A DNA stretch of 64,000 bases, from the NCBI RefSeq assembly GCF_009914755.1, contig NC_060933.1. One strand, written 5' to 3'. Made by a program: the position numbers and the translations under genes. The DNA is from the human T2T-CHM13v2.0 reference genome, Homo sapiens. Below the pieces are notes generated by a model. It did no database searches, was not told where the DNA came from, and was given only the letters and a program-made list of their open reading frames with translations. Positions 1 to 14,424 of the stretch are shown here, piece after piece; position 1 is the stretch's first letter; every line of letters begins with the position of its first letter.

Positions 1-63
1 ATTAAACAATTTCTTTAATTCTTATTTTATTCATTAGGTATGGCTGCCATTTTACCGAATAAT

Positions 64-189
64 TTTTTTTTTTTTAGACAGGGTCTCATTATTGTTGCCC
101 AGACTCATCTCAAACTCCTGGCTCAAATGATCCTCCCACCTCAGCCTCCTGTATAGCTGGGATTACAGGTGCATGCCACCATGTCCAGC
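64..189 (-). mobile_element. Alu monomer (FLAM-like)
   Basis: Poly-T followed by a single antisense Alu arm. Confidence 0.8.
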
Positions 190-229
190 TTTACTAAATA
201 AATGGTAAGTACTTAAAGATATGATCATA

Positions 230-1370
230 CATCCTCCTTCAAAATATGGTGTAATAGATTATACTGATAAACTCTCCGGTACTGAACAACCCGTAATTTC
301 GTGGAAGAAGTCATGGTCTATCTTTTTTTTTGATATGTTACTGGATTCTAATTAGAAATGTTTTATTTAGATTTCTTGAATCTATATTCATGAGCCTGTC
401 TACAATTTTCAATTTTGTCTTATTTTTATCAGCTTTGATTCAGTTTATTTTGCCTTTATAAAGTGGATTGGGGGCTTTTCATCCTTTTCTATGGCTTATA
501 GTAATTTAAGTAAAAGTAGTATTGTCAGTTCTCTAAAGGTTAGATAAAATTCAGCTAGAAATTCATGGGCTTGGTGAATTTTCAAAATTTATATTTTCCT
601 TCTCTTCCCTGACCCAATATTCGACACCTGGGTTTTTTCTGATATCATGTGAGTATTTTCATTCTAGAGTGTCATTTGAATTATTCTTATAAATCTTCCA
701 TTTCAAGAGCCCTTGTTTACACTTACCTTATCTTCAGTCAGAATCTCTCCATCTCTGCAATATGTGTATATACATACATGCGTAAAGGTTCGTTACTTAC
801 CAATCACTCTTCTTTATCTTTTCTTATATTGAGATTTATAATATATTCTAATTAACTTGATGTTTCATTAGTCTCTTCCTGAGTATTTTCCTCAAATAGA
901 GTGCACTGCCAATATAATGATTTACTCTCTCTTACATCTTCTTGTATTTGTTTTCTTTCACTCTCATCAACTAAGGAAATAATGGCTGGGTATGGATCTC
1001 TGGGTAGCAGTCCTTTTCTTTCAGTATTGTGTGAGGATATGTCACTGTTTTTTAGTTTCCAATGTTTTAGGTGTGAGGTTTGATGCTATGCCTGTCTAAT
1101 ATATTTTTTTTCCCATTGTAGGTAACTTGTTATTCTTTCTGGAAGCCTATAAGATTCTCCTTAACGTTAGAGTTCAAGGTTTTTATTAGGATATGGGTAA
1201 ACGTGTATTTTCTCAGTAACACTGAATTCTAATGACTAATGATGTTGAGCATCTCTTCATGTGTATATTGGCCATTTGTATGTCTTCTTTGAAGTAATGT
1301 CAGTTCAAATGTAATACCTCATTTTAATTAGTTTATTTGCCTTTTTACTATTGATTATGCTTTTGTTGCT
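230..1370 (-). mobile_element. Old L1 (L1M) fragments
   Basis: T-rich antisense L1-like text, e.g. atgactaatgatgttgagcatctcttcatgtg; boundaries approximate. Confidence 0.6.
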
Positions 1371-1405
1371 CATTTGAATCCATGGCTTCCCAACATTTTC
1401 TGGAT

Positions 1406-1719
1406 TTCTTTTTTTTCTTTTTTTTTTTTTTTTTTTGAGACAAGGTCATGCTCTATAGCCCAGGTTGGACTGCAAGGGTGCAATCTCGGCTTACTGTAAC
1501 CTCTGTCTCTCTGGCAGAAGTAATCCTCCCACTTCGGCCTCCTGAGGAGCTGGAATTACACATGTGCACCACCACACCCAGCTAATTATTGTATTTTTAG
1601 TAGAGGTAGGATTTTGTCATGTTGGCAAGGCTGGTCTTAAACTCCTGACCTCAAGTCATCTGCCTCCCTCAGCCTTCCAAAGTGCTGGGATTACAGGCAT
1701 GAGCCACCACACCCAGCCA
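1406..1719 (-). mobile_element. Alu
   Basis: Dimeric antisense Alu; flanking GGATTTCTTTT direct repeat. Confidence 0.93.
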
Positions 1720-2483
1720 GGATTTCTTTTATCATAAGTCATCACTTCAGATTTTTGAAGAGAATGTACAGCAAATAATGAGGTTCTGCATATGTCATAG
1801 TCATGATGGTCACCAAAGGAGTGATTTTACCCTTTATGTTTACATTTTATCAAGAGTTGAAAAAATGTACTTTATGACCTCAAGGTAGAATAGCAATCTG
1901 ATATTTGAGGCTGAGTGAGAGGACGAAATTAATTCTCAGAGCTCTGAATTACATTTTGAAAAGATTGCTCTGGAAAGTTCTTGGACTCTAAGGGAGTCAG
2001 GGTAGAAGTGGGTAGTACAGTTAGTAGTACAGTTAAAGATCTAGTCTAATAATCTAGCTGAAGGATGAAGGTATTTGGATCATAGCAATCATGGAGAATA
2101 GAGCAATGGTGATCTGCTAGAATGAAGAGGACTTGCCATTAGATTGAATGTGGTAAAACAGAAAGACAGGAGTCAAGGAAAACTTGAAAGTTATTGTCTT
2201 GAGAAACTGGAAAAATGAAATTTATTTTTTGTTTAAGACAACTTTAGGAGAAATAGTTTGGGGGAAGAATCAAGGGTTCTGTTTTAAACATGTAAAATAT
2301 GAGATTTCTATTAGATAACCTAATGGGGATATTGAGTAAGCAGCTGGATCTCTCAGCTAGAATTCAATACAAAAGCATAGATTAGAGATAAAAATTTGGA
2401 AATAGTCATCAAGTAAATGGCATTTAAAGTCATGATCCTGTGTGAGATGACCTGAGGAATGAGTCTTAATATAGAAGGGAATT

Positions 2484-2768
2484 GGCCAGGCACAGGGGCT
2501 CACGCCTGTAATCCCAGCACTTTGGGAGGCCGAAGCAGATGGATCACTTGAGGTCGGGAGTTTGAGACCGGCCTGGCCAACATGGTGAAACCCCATCTCT
2601 ACTAAAAATACAAAAATAAGCTGGGCATGGTGACACATGCCTGTAATCTCAACTACTTGGGAGGCTGAGGCAGGAGAATCACTTGAACCTGGGAGGCAGA
2701 GATTGCAGTGAGTGAGCCAATATCGTATCACTGCACTCCAGCCTGGGTGACAGAGCAAGATTCTGTCA
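2484..2768 (+). mobile_element. AluS
   Basis: GGCCAGG...dimer; tail converted to a purine microsatellite. Confidence 0.93.
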
Positions 2769-2986
2769 GAAAGAAAGAAGGAAAGAAGGAAGGAAGGAAG
2801 GAAGGAAGGAAGGAAGGAAGGAAGGAAGGAAGAAAGGAAGGAAGAAGAAAGAAAGAGAGACAGAGAGAGAGAGAAAGAAAAGAAAGAAAGAGGGAGGGTG
2901 GGAGAGGGAGGGAGAGAGAGGGAGAGAGAGTGAGAAAAGAAAAAGAAAGAAAGAAGAGAAGAGAAAAGAAAAGAAAAAGAAAGAAG
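2768..2986 (+). repeat. (GAAG)n/(GA)n/(GAAA)n polypurine microsatellite
   Basis: ~220 nt that is almost entirely purine. Confidence 0.95.
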
Positions 2987-3500
2987 TGTCAATCAGGTCG
3001 AGGGTGGCTAAGAGGTAGAGTCAGTTGAACTGGAAGTCATGAGTAGAGTTAAGGACTGTTTGGCTGCCATGGTGACCATGAAAATCTAATTGGACTGGGT
3101 TCAAGAGAGAAGTAAGGACTTTTTCTCTTCTTTTAAGAACATTTCCTATTATTTTTATTATTAATATTTGGATTTCAAATAATTTTAAAATCATTATCTT
3201 AATACCAAAATATAATGATATTCTGGTAGGTTAAGAAGTTAAATGAATGCTGAATATTCAAAACACTTAAATAAATCTGTTATTTGAAGAAACTATAAAC
3301 ACACTTCACTGAACCAAGTGTAAAACAGACTGTGATCTTCTGGAGTTTACCTTGAAATATTTGTATAGAAAAGTGAGTAGTTCTACTCTGAAGGACAGCA
3401 AAGAAATGGGGTAGTAATTGGCAGGGATGAGTGAAGAATTTTTTTTTAAGATGGGAACTATTAGAGCATATGCAGTAGAGAGATAAAAATTGATGGTACA

Positions 3501-4038
<538 letters not shown>

Positions 4039-4431
4039 TCATCTATTGAATTGTTTTGTTCAGAAATCATGGTCTTTTGGTCTTTCACTCTATAGAGCAC
4101 TCTGTGTGCTACCCTTGAATCTATCCTTCATGCTCTTATTATTTCCAGAGTCAAGATGCTGTCTTCCTCCTGCAGCACTGCTATTTCTCTGGGCATATGT
4201 TCTATTCATTTGTGTTGACCTTCCCTCTGAAGGTTGGCTGCTTCAGAAAAATGCAGCCCCTCAGGTGAGTTGTAGTTTTCTTTGTTGGCACTTTGAGATA
4301 AGATCTAGTGGTTTGGGTACTCTAAATGGCAGGGCATGCAGAAAACGTTACTTCTGTTCTCCTGTGGTACAAAGGCAGTCGGGTGTCAGTTCCTGCTGAG
4401 GAACCCAGAGGAAGATTCTCTGCTGTCACTC

Positions 4432-4727
4432 TATTTATTTACTGAGACAGATTTTCACTCTGTCGCCCAGGCTGGAGTGCAGTGGTGCGATCTCAGCTTA
4501 TTGCAACCTCTGCCTCCCAGGCTCAAGCGATTCTTGAGCCTCAGTCACCAGAGTAGCTGGAATTACAGGCACATGCCACTACGCCTGGCTAATTTTTGTT
4601 TTATTAGTACAGATGGGGTCTTGCCATGTTGCCCAGGCTGGTCTCAAACTCCTGACTTCAAGTGATCTGCCAGCCTTGGCCTCCCAAAGTGCTGGGTTTA
4701 CAGGTGTGCACCACCACACCCACTGTG
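4432..4727 (-). mobile_element. Alu (J/S)
   Basis: Antisense dimer. Confidence 0.9.
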
Positions 4728-5021
4728 CTCTCACTCTCATCTTCTTAAAGGATGGGGGGTAGGGAAACCCCAACCCACCCATTGCCTAGCCTTTCCACAT
4801 CTTGGGCTTCAGGAAGAACTGGCACATTTGTGTTGGTTCAAATACCTGGCCAGGCTCTCGTTAGGATCCCCTTTTTACTTGGTCCTTACTGGGTGCTCTT
4901 GCACAGTGGTACCAACAGTTGTCCAACCCATGGGACCCTATAAGCCGCCAGGGCCTTGCCTGCATCCAGTACCTGATAGAGTCCAGTAGCTATGTTACTA
5001 AGGAGGGTCAGTAGGCAGACA

Positions 5022-5285
5022 GCAGTTGCTCCTCCACTTCCTTGACTTATAATGATAAACCTATTGTAAGTCAAAAATGCATTAATACACCTAACCTATC
5101 AAACATCATAGCTTAGCCTAGCCTACCTGAGTATGTTTCCATACTCAGAACTCTTGTTAGCCTACAGTTGGACAAAACCATCTATAATACAGTGTTAAAC
5201 ATCTCATGTCATGTACTGAACACAACACATTAGAGTACAGTATCGGTTGTTTACCCTCGTGATCAAGTGGCTGAGTGGGAGCTAT
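5022..5285 (+). mobile_element. TcMar-Tigger MITE (MER47-like)
   Basis: aaaatgcattaatacacctaaccta...catcatagcttagcctagcctacct signature. Confidence 0.7.
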
Positions 5286-5287
5286 GG

Positions 5288-5556
5288 TTCCAAGATCAGG
5301 ATGCCAGCAGATCTGGTGTCTGATGAGGCTTACTTCCTAGTTTTTAGAGCAGCAACTTCTAACTGTGTCCTCACATGGTGGGAGGAGCAAATGAACTCCC
5401 TTGGACCTATTTTATAAGGGCACTAATCCCATTTGTGAGGGCCCTGCTCACATGACCTAATTACTTCCCTAAATGCCCCACCTCCTAATGTGTCAGCATA
5501 GGAGTTAGTATTTCAACATAGAAAGTTTAGGGGGACACAACATTCAGACCACAGCA
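5288..5556 (-). mobile_element. MaLR LTR fragment (MST/MLT1A-like)
   Basis: tccaagatcagg...gggcactaatcccatt...gggggacacaacattcagaccacagca. Confidence 0.75.
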
Positions 5557-5599
5557 GATGATTATTTAAAACATGGAAAAGTACTCATGAGAAAATAAT

Positions 5600-5835
5600 A
5601 AGTATTGACTGAATACATAAAACATGCCACATACTGGGCTAAGTACTTTACATCCATGATCTTATTTAAATCTCTCATAAACCCCAAGATAAGGGAGTAG
5701 ATTGTTCCTGTTTGATACAGGAGGAAACTGAGGCTTATAGCAGTTTGGAAAATAACTTAAAGTCACATACAGTGGCAGAAGCCAGATGAGGAACTTGGTC
5801 AGTCAGTTTCAAAACCTGTGCTTAACCACTGTGCT
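5600..5835 (-). mobile_element. MIR
   Basis: Core caggaggaaactgaggctt...agtcacatacag. Confidence 0.65.
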
Positions 5836-6127
5836 ACTTTCACACAGCACACAGAAGGAATCTAATGGCATGCTATGATTACAGCCGTTTAATACGGAGA
5901 CAAGACTCATAATAGTTCATAATAGTCACTGTGTCAGGGTGGTGCAATTTTGTTTCGTTTTCCTCTGTTTTCCAAAGCTATCCTTGAGGAAACTTTTTCC
6001 TAGTGCAAAGCTTTTCATTGGGATGGTATGTTTCTTTAAATGGAAGGAGACTAATTTTACCATTTAAAAAGTGGTATTTATTTTTAAAAACATAAAAGAA
6101 ATTCCTTTTCAATAATAATGAGATGGG

Positions 6128-6423
6128 GCATCGCCGCGGAGCCTCGGTTGGCCTCGGATAGCCGGTCCCCCGCCTGTCCCCGCCGGCGGGCCGCCCCGCC
6201 GTGCGCCGGGACCGGGGTCCGGGGCGGAGTGCCCTTCCTCCTGGGAAACGGGGTGCGGCCGGAAAGGCGGCCGCCCCCTCGCCCGTCACGCAACGCACGT
6301 TCGTGGGGAACCTGGCGCTAAACCATTCGTAGACGACCTGCTTCTGGGTCGGGGTTTCCTACTTAGCAGAGCAGCTCGTTCGATGCGATCTATTGAAAGT
6401 CAGCCCTCGACACAAGGGTTTGT
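6128..6423 (+). pseudogene. Processed 28S (LSU) rRNA 3'-terminal retrocopy with A-rich tail and TSD
   Basis: Ends at the 28S 3' terminus (...GATCTATTGAAAGTCAGCCCTCGACACAAGGGTTTGT); A-rich tail 6425-6506; 17-bp TSD AATAATAATGAGATGGG at 6111-6127 and 6507-6523. Confidence 0.95.
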
Positions 6424-6829
6424 TAAAAAAAAAAGAAAAAAGAAAAAAGAAAAAAAGAAAGGGAAAAAAATAATAATAACAAAAGCAAATAAGTAATAAT
6501 AATAATAATAATAATGAGATGGGAAATGTGGCCATGTGTTTTTCTTGTGCTTTTGCACATTCTCTCTAGGCTTTGTCTGTGGTCATGGAATAAGAAAAGC
6601 CTTTTGGTTGCCTTGTTTGGAATAGGTGCGGCTTTACTTCATTCTCCACCTGAGAGGGTAGTTTACTGCATGGGGCATTTTGTTTGCTGGGAAAAGAATC
6701 CATGTATGAATCATACCACTTAACATTTCCCTGCCAGCGCTGTGTGCATCTTTTGATGTGACATATTTTTGTTTGTTTGTTCTTTTCTATTTTCGTTGTT
6801 CTTCTTCTTAAAAATGACAACTAACTTTG

Positions 6830-8870
6830 TTTAAAAAAAATTGTGTTAAACAATCTCAAAGTTACAGACACTTTGTAAGAACAGTACAAAGAACATCCCT
6901 TGAACCAGTTGATAGTAAGTTGACTACCTTGGATAGTAAGTATCTCCCCTGGATACGTTAGTGTGTGTTTCCTAAAAACAGGACATTCTTTTACAACCAT
7001 ACTGTTTTTAAACTATGCAAGTTAACACTGTTGTATTACAGCAATTTAATCCTCAGACCGCATTCAAGTTTCATCAATTGTCCAGTGAATCCATCACAGT
7101 TAAAGAATCCACTTGAGAATCCTTTGTTGCATTTAGTTGTCAATGATTTTAGTCTTCTGTCTGCAGTGGTTAGTTTCTCTATCTTTCCTTGACTGTTCTG
7201 ACTTGGGTGCTTTTGAAGATTACAGGCCAGTTATTTTGTAGAAGTCACTCAATTTGGCTTTGTCTGATATGGGACTCAATTCATTCAATTCATGCATCTT
7301 TGGCAGGAATTTCTCAAGTGACCCTTAATACTTTTTCTTTTTTGAGACGGAGTCTCGCTCTGTTGCCCAGGCTGGAGTGCAGTGGCGCGATCTCAGCTCA
7401 GTACAATCTCCACCTCCCAGGTTCACGCCATTCTCCTGCTTCAGCCTCCTGAGTAGCTGGGACTACAGGTGCCCGCCACCATGCCTGGCTAATTTTTAAT
7501 ATTTTTTAGTAGAGACAGGGTTTCACCGTGTTAGCCAGGAGGGACCCTTAATACTTTTTACTGGATCCTATCAGGGATGCACAAATTCAATTTTCCCATG
7601 ACTGCTGATTGTTCACTTTGATCATTGGTTAAGGTGCTGTCTGCTTTTCTTCTCCATTAGGAAGTTACTATTTTTCCTGCTATCATTAATACATATTTTA
7701 TGCAGGAGGTTCTATGTAAATATTCCATTCGTCCTCAAACCTTCCATTTATCCATATACTAACATTATTAGGACTCATAGTTTTCTACTTTATTTAAGGA
7801 GTTATAATCCATTACAACAGTGATTCATTTTGATGATGAAGCTGGTTTCTGTGTCCTTTTGATATATCTCTATCATTTCCTTGCTTTCTGACACAAGGTT
7901 CATACTCAAGTTTCCTACCTCAGTCCTGGAATCAGGACTTGAATCCTGGAATCCTTGAAATCTCTCCAAGAAGCCCTGGTTTCTTTTAGTGGAGAATGGT
8001 ATCTAGAAGAGGAAATCTGGGCTGTGTTTATTGCTAAGAGAGATTCTCTTAGTAGACAGAGTTGGAGGATGTATGTAAGTATATAGCTGCATAAAAATAT
8101 ATGAAAGTATATACATACATACACACAAACACACATATACATTGTCATCTGTATTTTTTAATCTATCTATATTGAAAACTGTAAGTGCACCCCAATAGTT
8201 TTCTTTTTTCCACATCTGTGACTCTGAACTCCAACAGTTAAGAAATCTGGCTCCCATTATCCTTAAGTCTCCTTATTTGCTCAATCCCCCTGTAGGAAGC
8301 CAGTCTCCTATCAGAGCCACTGTCCCCCTTACCCCTCACACACCCTCCTTACCCTGTCCTTGCTCTGACCTGCCACCACCACCCCTCAGAAACTGCCCTT
8401 ACCCTGCTTTGACTCGGTCCATGACATGCTGCTGACCCCGCATGGACATCATCCTCACCCCATCAGGGTTCTGGTTCCCTACCCAAGGGCTATGTGCCAT
8501 GCAGTTCCCCTCCTTGGCCCCTTGGGCTGTGACTCCCTACACAAGGCACTCCCGGCTGTGGCGGTGTCATCCTTACCCAGCAGGGTCTCCAGGTCCCCAT
8601 ACCAGTTTGCGGGCATCTTCCTTGGACTCTACACCTATGCTAGGCTGTCTCTCCATGGGGCTTCCCTCCTCGTCGTGCTGGGGTTCCCACCCCCACTACA
8701 GGCACCCCTCTTAGCTGGAAGCCCTTCTTGTCTACTTAGGCTCTCTGATATACCAGGCTGTCCTCAATCATGAATACCCTCCTCACCCTGTTCAGGGGAG
8801 ACACCTATGCTGGGCCATCACCCCTACTTCAGAGTAACCAACTTTCTCTGCCCTGCTGAATGACATTAGG
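6830..8870 (-). mobile_element. Old L1M 3'-region fragments, including a degenerate C-rich tandem array (8330-8860)
   Basis: L1M-like text (aaaaacaggacattcttttacaaccata, gatcattggttaaggtg); ~50-55 bp periodic CCTYACCCT units. Confidence 0.55.
7332..7541 (-). mobile_element. 5'-truncated Alu (Y-like)
   Basis: Right arm plus partial left arm; TSD GACCCTTAATACTTTTT on both sides. Confidence 0.92.
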
Positions 8871-9324
8871 ACTGAATTCTTCCAGTAGAAAAGGGAAGAA
8901 GACAAGGAGAAAGAGGAAAAGAAACATGATGTTTCTTCTGAGCCCTAAATCATCACCACGACCAACCCTGAGTCAGCACTTAAGTTGACAGGAGAGTTGG
9001 CTTCTGATCAAGTATATTTTGGTGGCCACCTCTGGGCAAGGAGCTAAAGGCCTAAGTAATAAAGATCCTCAGGAGACAGGGCCTCCAGCTAGAAGTGAGG
9101 AAGCCCGGAGTCCAGTCCTGACCCTACCTTTTCCAGCAGTATTGTTGTTCTACCTCCAGTCCTTTGTATTACGGGGTGATAAGGAAATACACTAATCAAC
9201 AAATAAGATGCCTGATAAGACTACCTTTCTCCAAATATATAACGTTGTTGTGAAAAGGAAGCAAGATTAGGTGTTTTGAAATGTCTTGAAAACTTTAAAT
9301 ATCTAGGCAAATGTGACATTTTTA

Positions 9325-10036
<712 letters not shown>

Positions 10037-11376
10037 TAATTTGATGTGAATAAAATATATCCCAATACATAGAGCTGAAAATGTGTGCTGGGGAAATAAT
10101 ATATGGGATGCCTGGGTGGAGGTAGGGGCAGTACACAGCCATAACATGCTAGATCCTGTGAGACCAGAACCCAGTAAGCTGATGGGGAGTGTGTTGAAGA
10201 GCTTCCAATTTAACTCAATTTGCCTGTTTAGCTGATTTCACTACTGTGAACTTTGAAACAGCAAGATTCCTCCTATGATCATATCCCCACCTCCAAATTT
10301 ACTTCTCTTTATTTCATCTGTAGAAATAACCTCTGGGTTCTGATACACTTAGGAGCTTCTAGGGCTTCCCTTATCTTTACTGTCTACTGTCTAGATATGT
10401 ATGGAATCTAGTTGAACTATCCCCTGTGTCAGTAAAAGAAGCTAACTAAATGGTATCTCTGGGTCTGAAGATTTCTTGATTCCTACGGCTTTCATTTACG
10501 CAAAAGGAAAGAACTTGATTTTTTTTCTGTATATTATGAATAAAATCTCATTTTTGGCGCTTTTATGAGATACTCTAATACATATTTAAATTGCTTTTCA
10601 TTTATTCTTGGATTCTAGAATAATACGTTAGTAAGTACAAAACCAAACCAACAAAGAACCTCAAAACTACTAGCCCTACACTGATTACACATAAAGACTG
10701 GACTCTAACATTGCTCTGTGTTCTAAGGGGCCTGGGCTTCATTTTTAAGATTCAAGAAAAAAAGCACAAAAAGGAACCCAGCCCTTTCAAAAGAAGAAAT
10801 GAGGATGAAGGTGGGGGAAGGCAGAGTTAAGCTAAATCTCCGTGCTAGAGAAAGAGCGTGTGTATTACAAGGAAGTGGTCTGTTCTAGCAGGCAGTTGGG
10901 CGATGAGGTTGAGGGAGGTGGAACAGTTGACTCATGGCTCCGTCTTGCATTTGGTTTGCTGCTAAGAGCCTTTAAAATTCTTAACTATTTCTGGGGGCTT
11001 TCTTAGCTCAGTAGTCACTGAGAGAAATGAGCTGAGCTAAGGAGTGCAAGGGGAAACAGGCTCCCTGAAGGGTGACCCAGAGGGTGTCGCTTTCTGGGCA
11101 CTGGTTTTAACTGGATTGGATGACATTTGGGGATTAAGTCAGTCTCCTGGATATCTCATTATTCATCCATTTGTTCCTTTTGGAAATAGTTATTGCATAC
11201 ATAGGGTTTTCAGATGATTTAAACCAAAACACCAGACTCACAAAAAATTTATAGACAAAAATAATCATATTCCATTGATATGGAAAACTTATTGATGATC
11301 AGTTAAAGATGGTGGTTTCAACATCTATGTTTATCTCTGTTCTCTCCAAACATTCCAATAAAATGAAAATGGATGA

Positions 11377-11683
<307 letters not shown>

Positions 11684-11967
11684 GATTTTTTTTTTTTTAA
11701 GGCACAAACCCATAAGGACAAAGAGACTTGGAGTGGAGGAAACACCAAGGAAAAATGGAAAGATGGAAAGCTGACGGATGAGTGTGAGCTGACCCAGCAG
11801 ATTCGGTGAGGCCAACACCTAAGCTGGCAGTGAGGGAAAGTGAGTCATCCATCCTATTTGCACCACAGAACCACAAAAATGCTCAGAAATTGGGGCCACC
11901 AGGAATTTCTAAAATGAGGGTAAATGGGAAAACAGAGTCAGTCAAAAGTCTTTTTAAGAAGCAGTTA

Positions 11968-12329
<362 letters not shown>

Positions 12330-12967
12330 CTAGAGCTGTACTGCTCAATACGGCAGCCACTAAGTACATGTGGTTTCCGAACTCTTTAAGTCTGGTTATT
12401 CTAAATTGAAATGTGGGTTAAGTGTGAAATACATGCCAGATTCTGAAGGCTCGGTACAATTATAAAAGATTTTTAAAAACATTGATTATATGTTGTAGGC
12501 TGGGCTCAGTGGCTCACACCTGTAATCACAGCACTTTGGGAGGCTGAGGAGGATGGATCACTTGAGCCCAGAAGTTCAAGATCAGCCCGGGCAACATAGC
12601 AAAATCCCATCTCTACAAAAAATACAAAAATTAGCCAGGTATGGAGGCACATGTGTGTAGTCCCAGCAACTTGGGAAGCTGAGGCAGGAGAATCACCTGA
12701 GCCTGGGAAGGTCAAGATTGCGGTAAGCCATGGTAACATCACTGCACTCCAACCTGGGCAACAGGGCAAGACTCTTATCTCAATAAATAAGTAAATAATG
12801 GAAACATTGATTATATGTTGAAACAATAATATTTTTGATCAATGGGATTAAATAAAACACATTAAAATTAATTTCTCCTGTATATTTTTATTATTTTTTC
12901 ATGTGACTGATAGAAAATCTAAAATGACTTCCGTGGCTCCCATGAGATTTCTGTTGGACAGCGCTGC
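12330..12967. mobile_element. hAT-Charlie MITE (MER33/MER3-like) interrupted by AluJ (12498-12796, +)
   Basis: Termini ctcaatacggcagccact / ttggacagcgctg; Alu TSD AAACATTGATTATATGTTG. Confidence 0.75.
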
Positions 12968-13474
12968 TCCGGAGAGTATGAACCAATGGTGACTAGGGGA
13001 CAAGGGGACAGCAGAGGAGTTTCCACACTGAGAATAGGTTGGTCAAGCAAAAGCTAAGATTAAAGAGAGCCCAGTCCTCTCTCTCACCCAGATCCCAGAG
13101 TGCTGGCAGCTAGTCTCCTAACCCACAAGTAGGAGATGGCAATATTCACTTCAGGGGAAGCTGACCAGCCTGAGGAAAGTTCTAAAGATGCAGAAGCAGA
13201 CACCATCAGCCTTCTGCCCGTGTCCCTCTTAGCATCCACTTCTGCACCTAAAGATGGTTTCCTGCCAATTCCTGCAGCTTTCTTCAGGTGAACGCTTCTC
13301 TCAACCTGCAGACAGACCCAGCCAGAAGAGGCAGAGAATTCACAGGCTTCAAGGTGGTTGAGAAGGGCGTGGCTCTCTTGCTCTTCCATCAGGGAGAGGA
13401 TCCTGAGGGGCGTGACCTACACTGACCCCCAGAGCCCCCCACAGAATTGAGCTCTGATTGTCCACCCATGCTGA

Positions 13475-14341
<867 letters not shown>

Positions 14342-14372
14342 AGAGCTTTTTATTTTTTAATCTTTATTTTTT

Positions 14373-14407
14373 TATACTTGATCTTAGCCAAAAGGCTGAG
14401 AAGCGAT
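14373..14407 (-). pseudogene. 3'-truncated U2 snRNA retro-fragment (nt 1-35)
   Basis: Reverse complement ATCGCTTCTCAGCCTTTTGGCTAAGATCAAGTATA matches the U2 5' end with 2 mismatches; 16-bp TSD TAATCTTTATTTTTTT (14358-14373, 14408-14423). Confidence 0.92.
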
Positions 14408-14424
14408 TAATCTTTATTTTTTTA

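Noticed and set aside
2357-3028. 211-aa and 106-aa ORFs
   Set aside because: Translations of an Alu plus a purine microsatellite.
4149-4264. Plus-strand exon-like segment (tttccag|...CAG|gtgagt)
   Set aside because: Good splice signals but no partner exons or coding signal; such pairs arise by chance in 64 kb.
5978-6321. GC-rich ORFs / apparent CpG-island promoter of a gene
   Set aside because: Explained by the 28S rRNA retrocopy; no exon structure.
6128-6423. Functional rRNA gene
   Set aside because: Only the last ~0.3 kb of 28S, with a deletion, A-tail and TSD.
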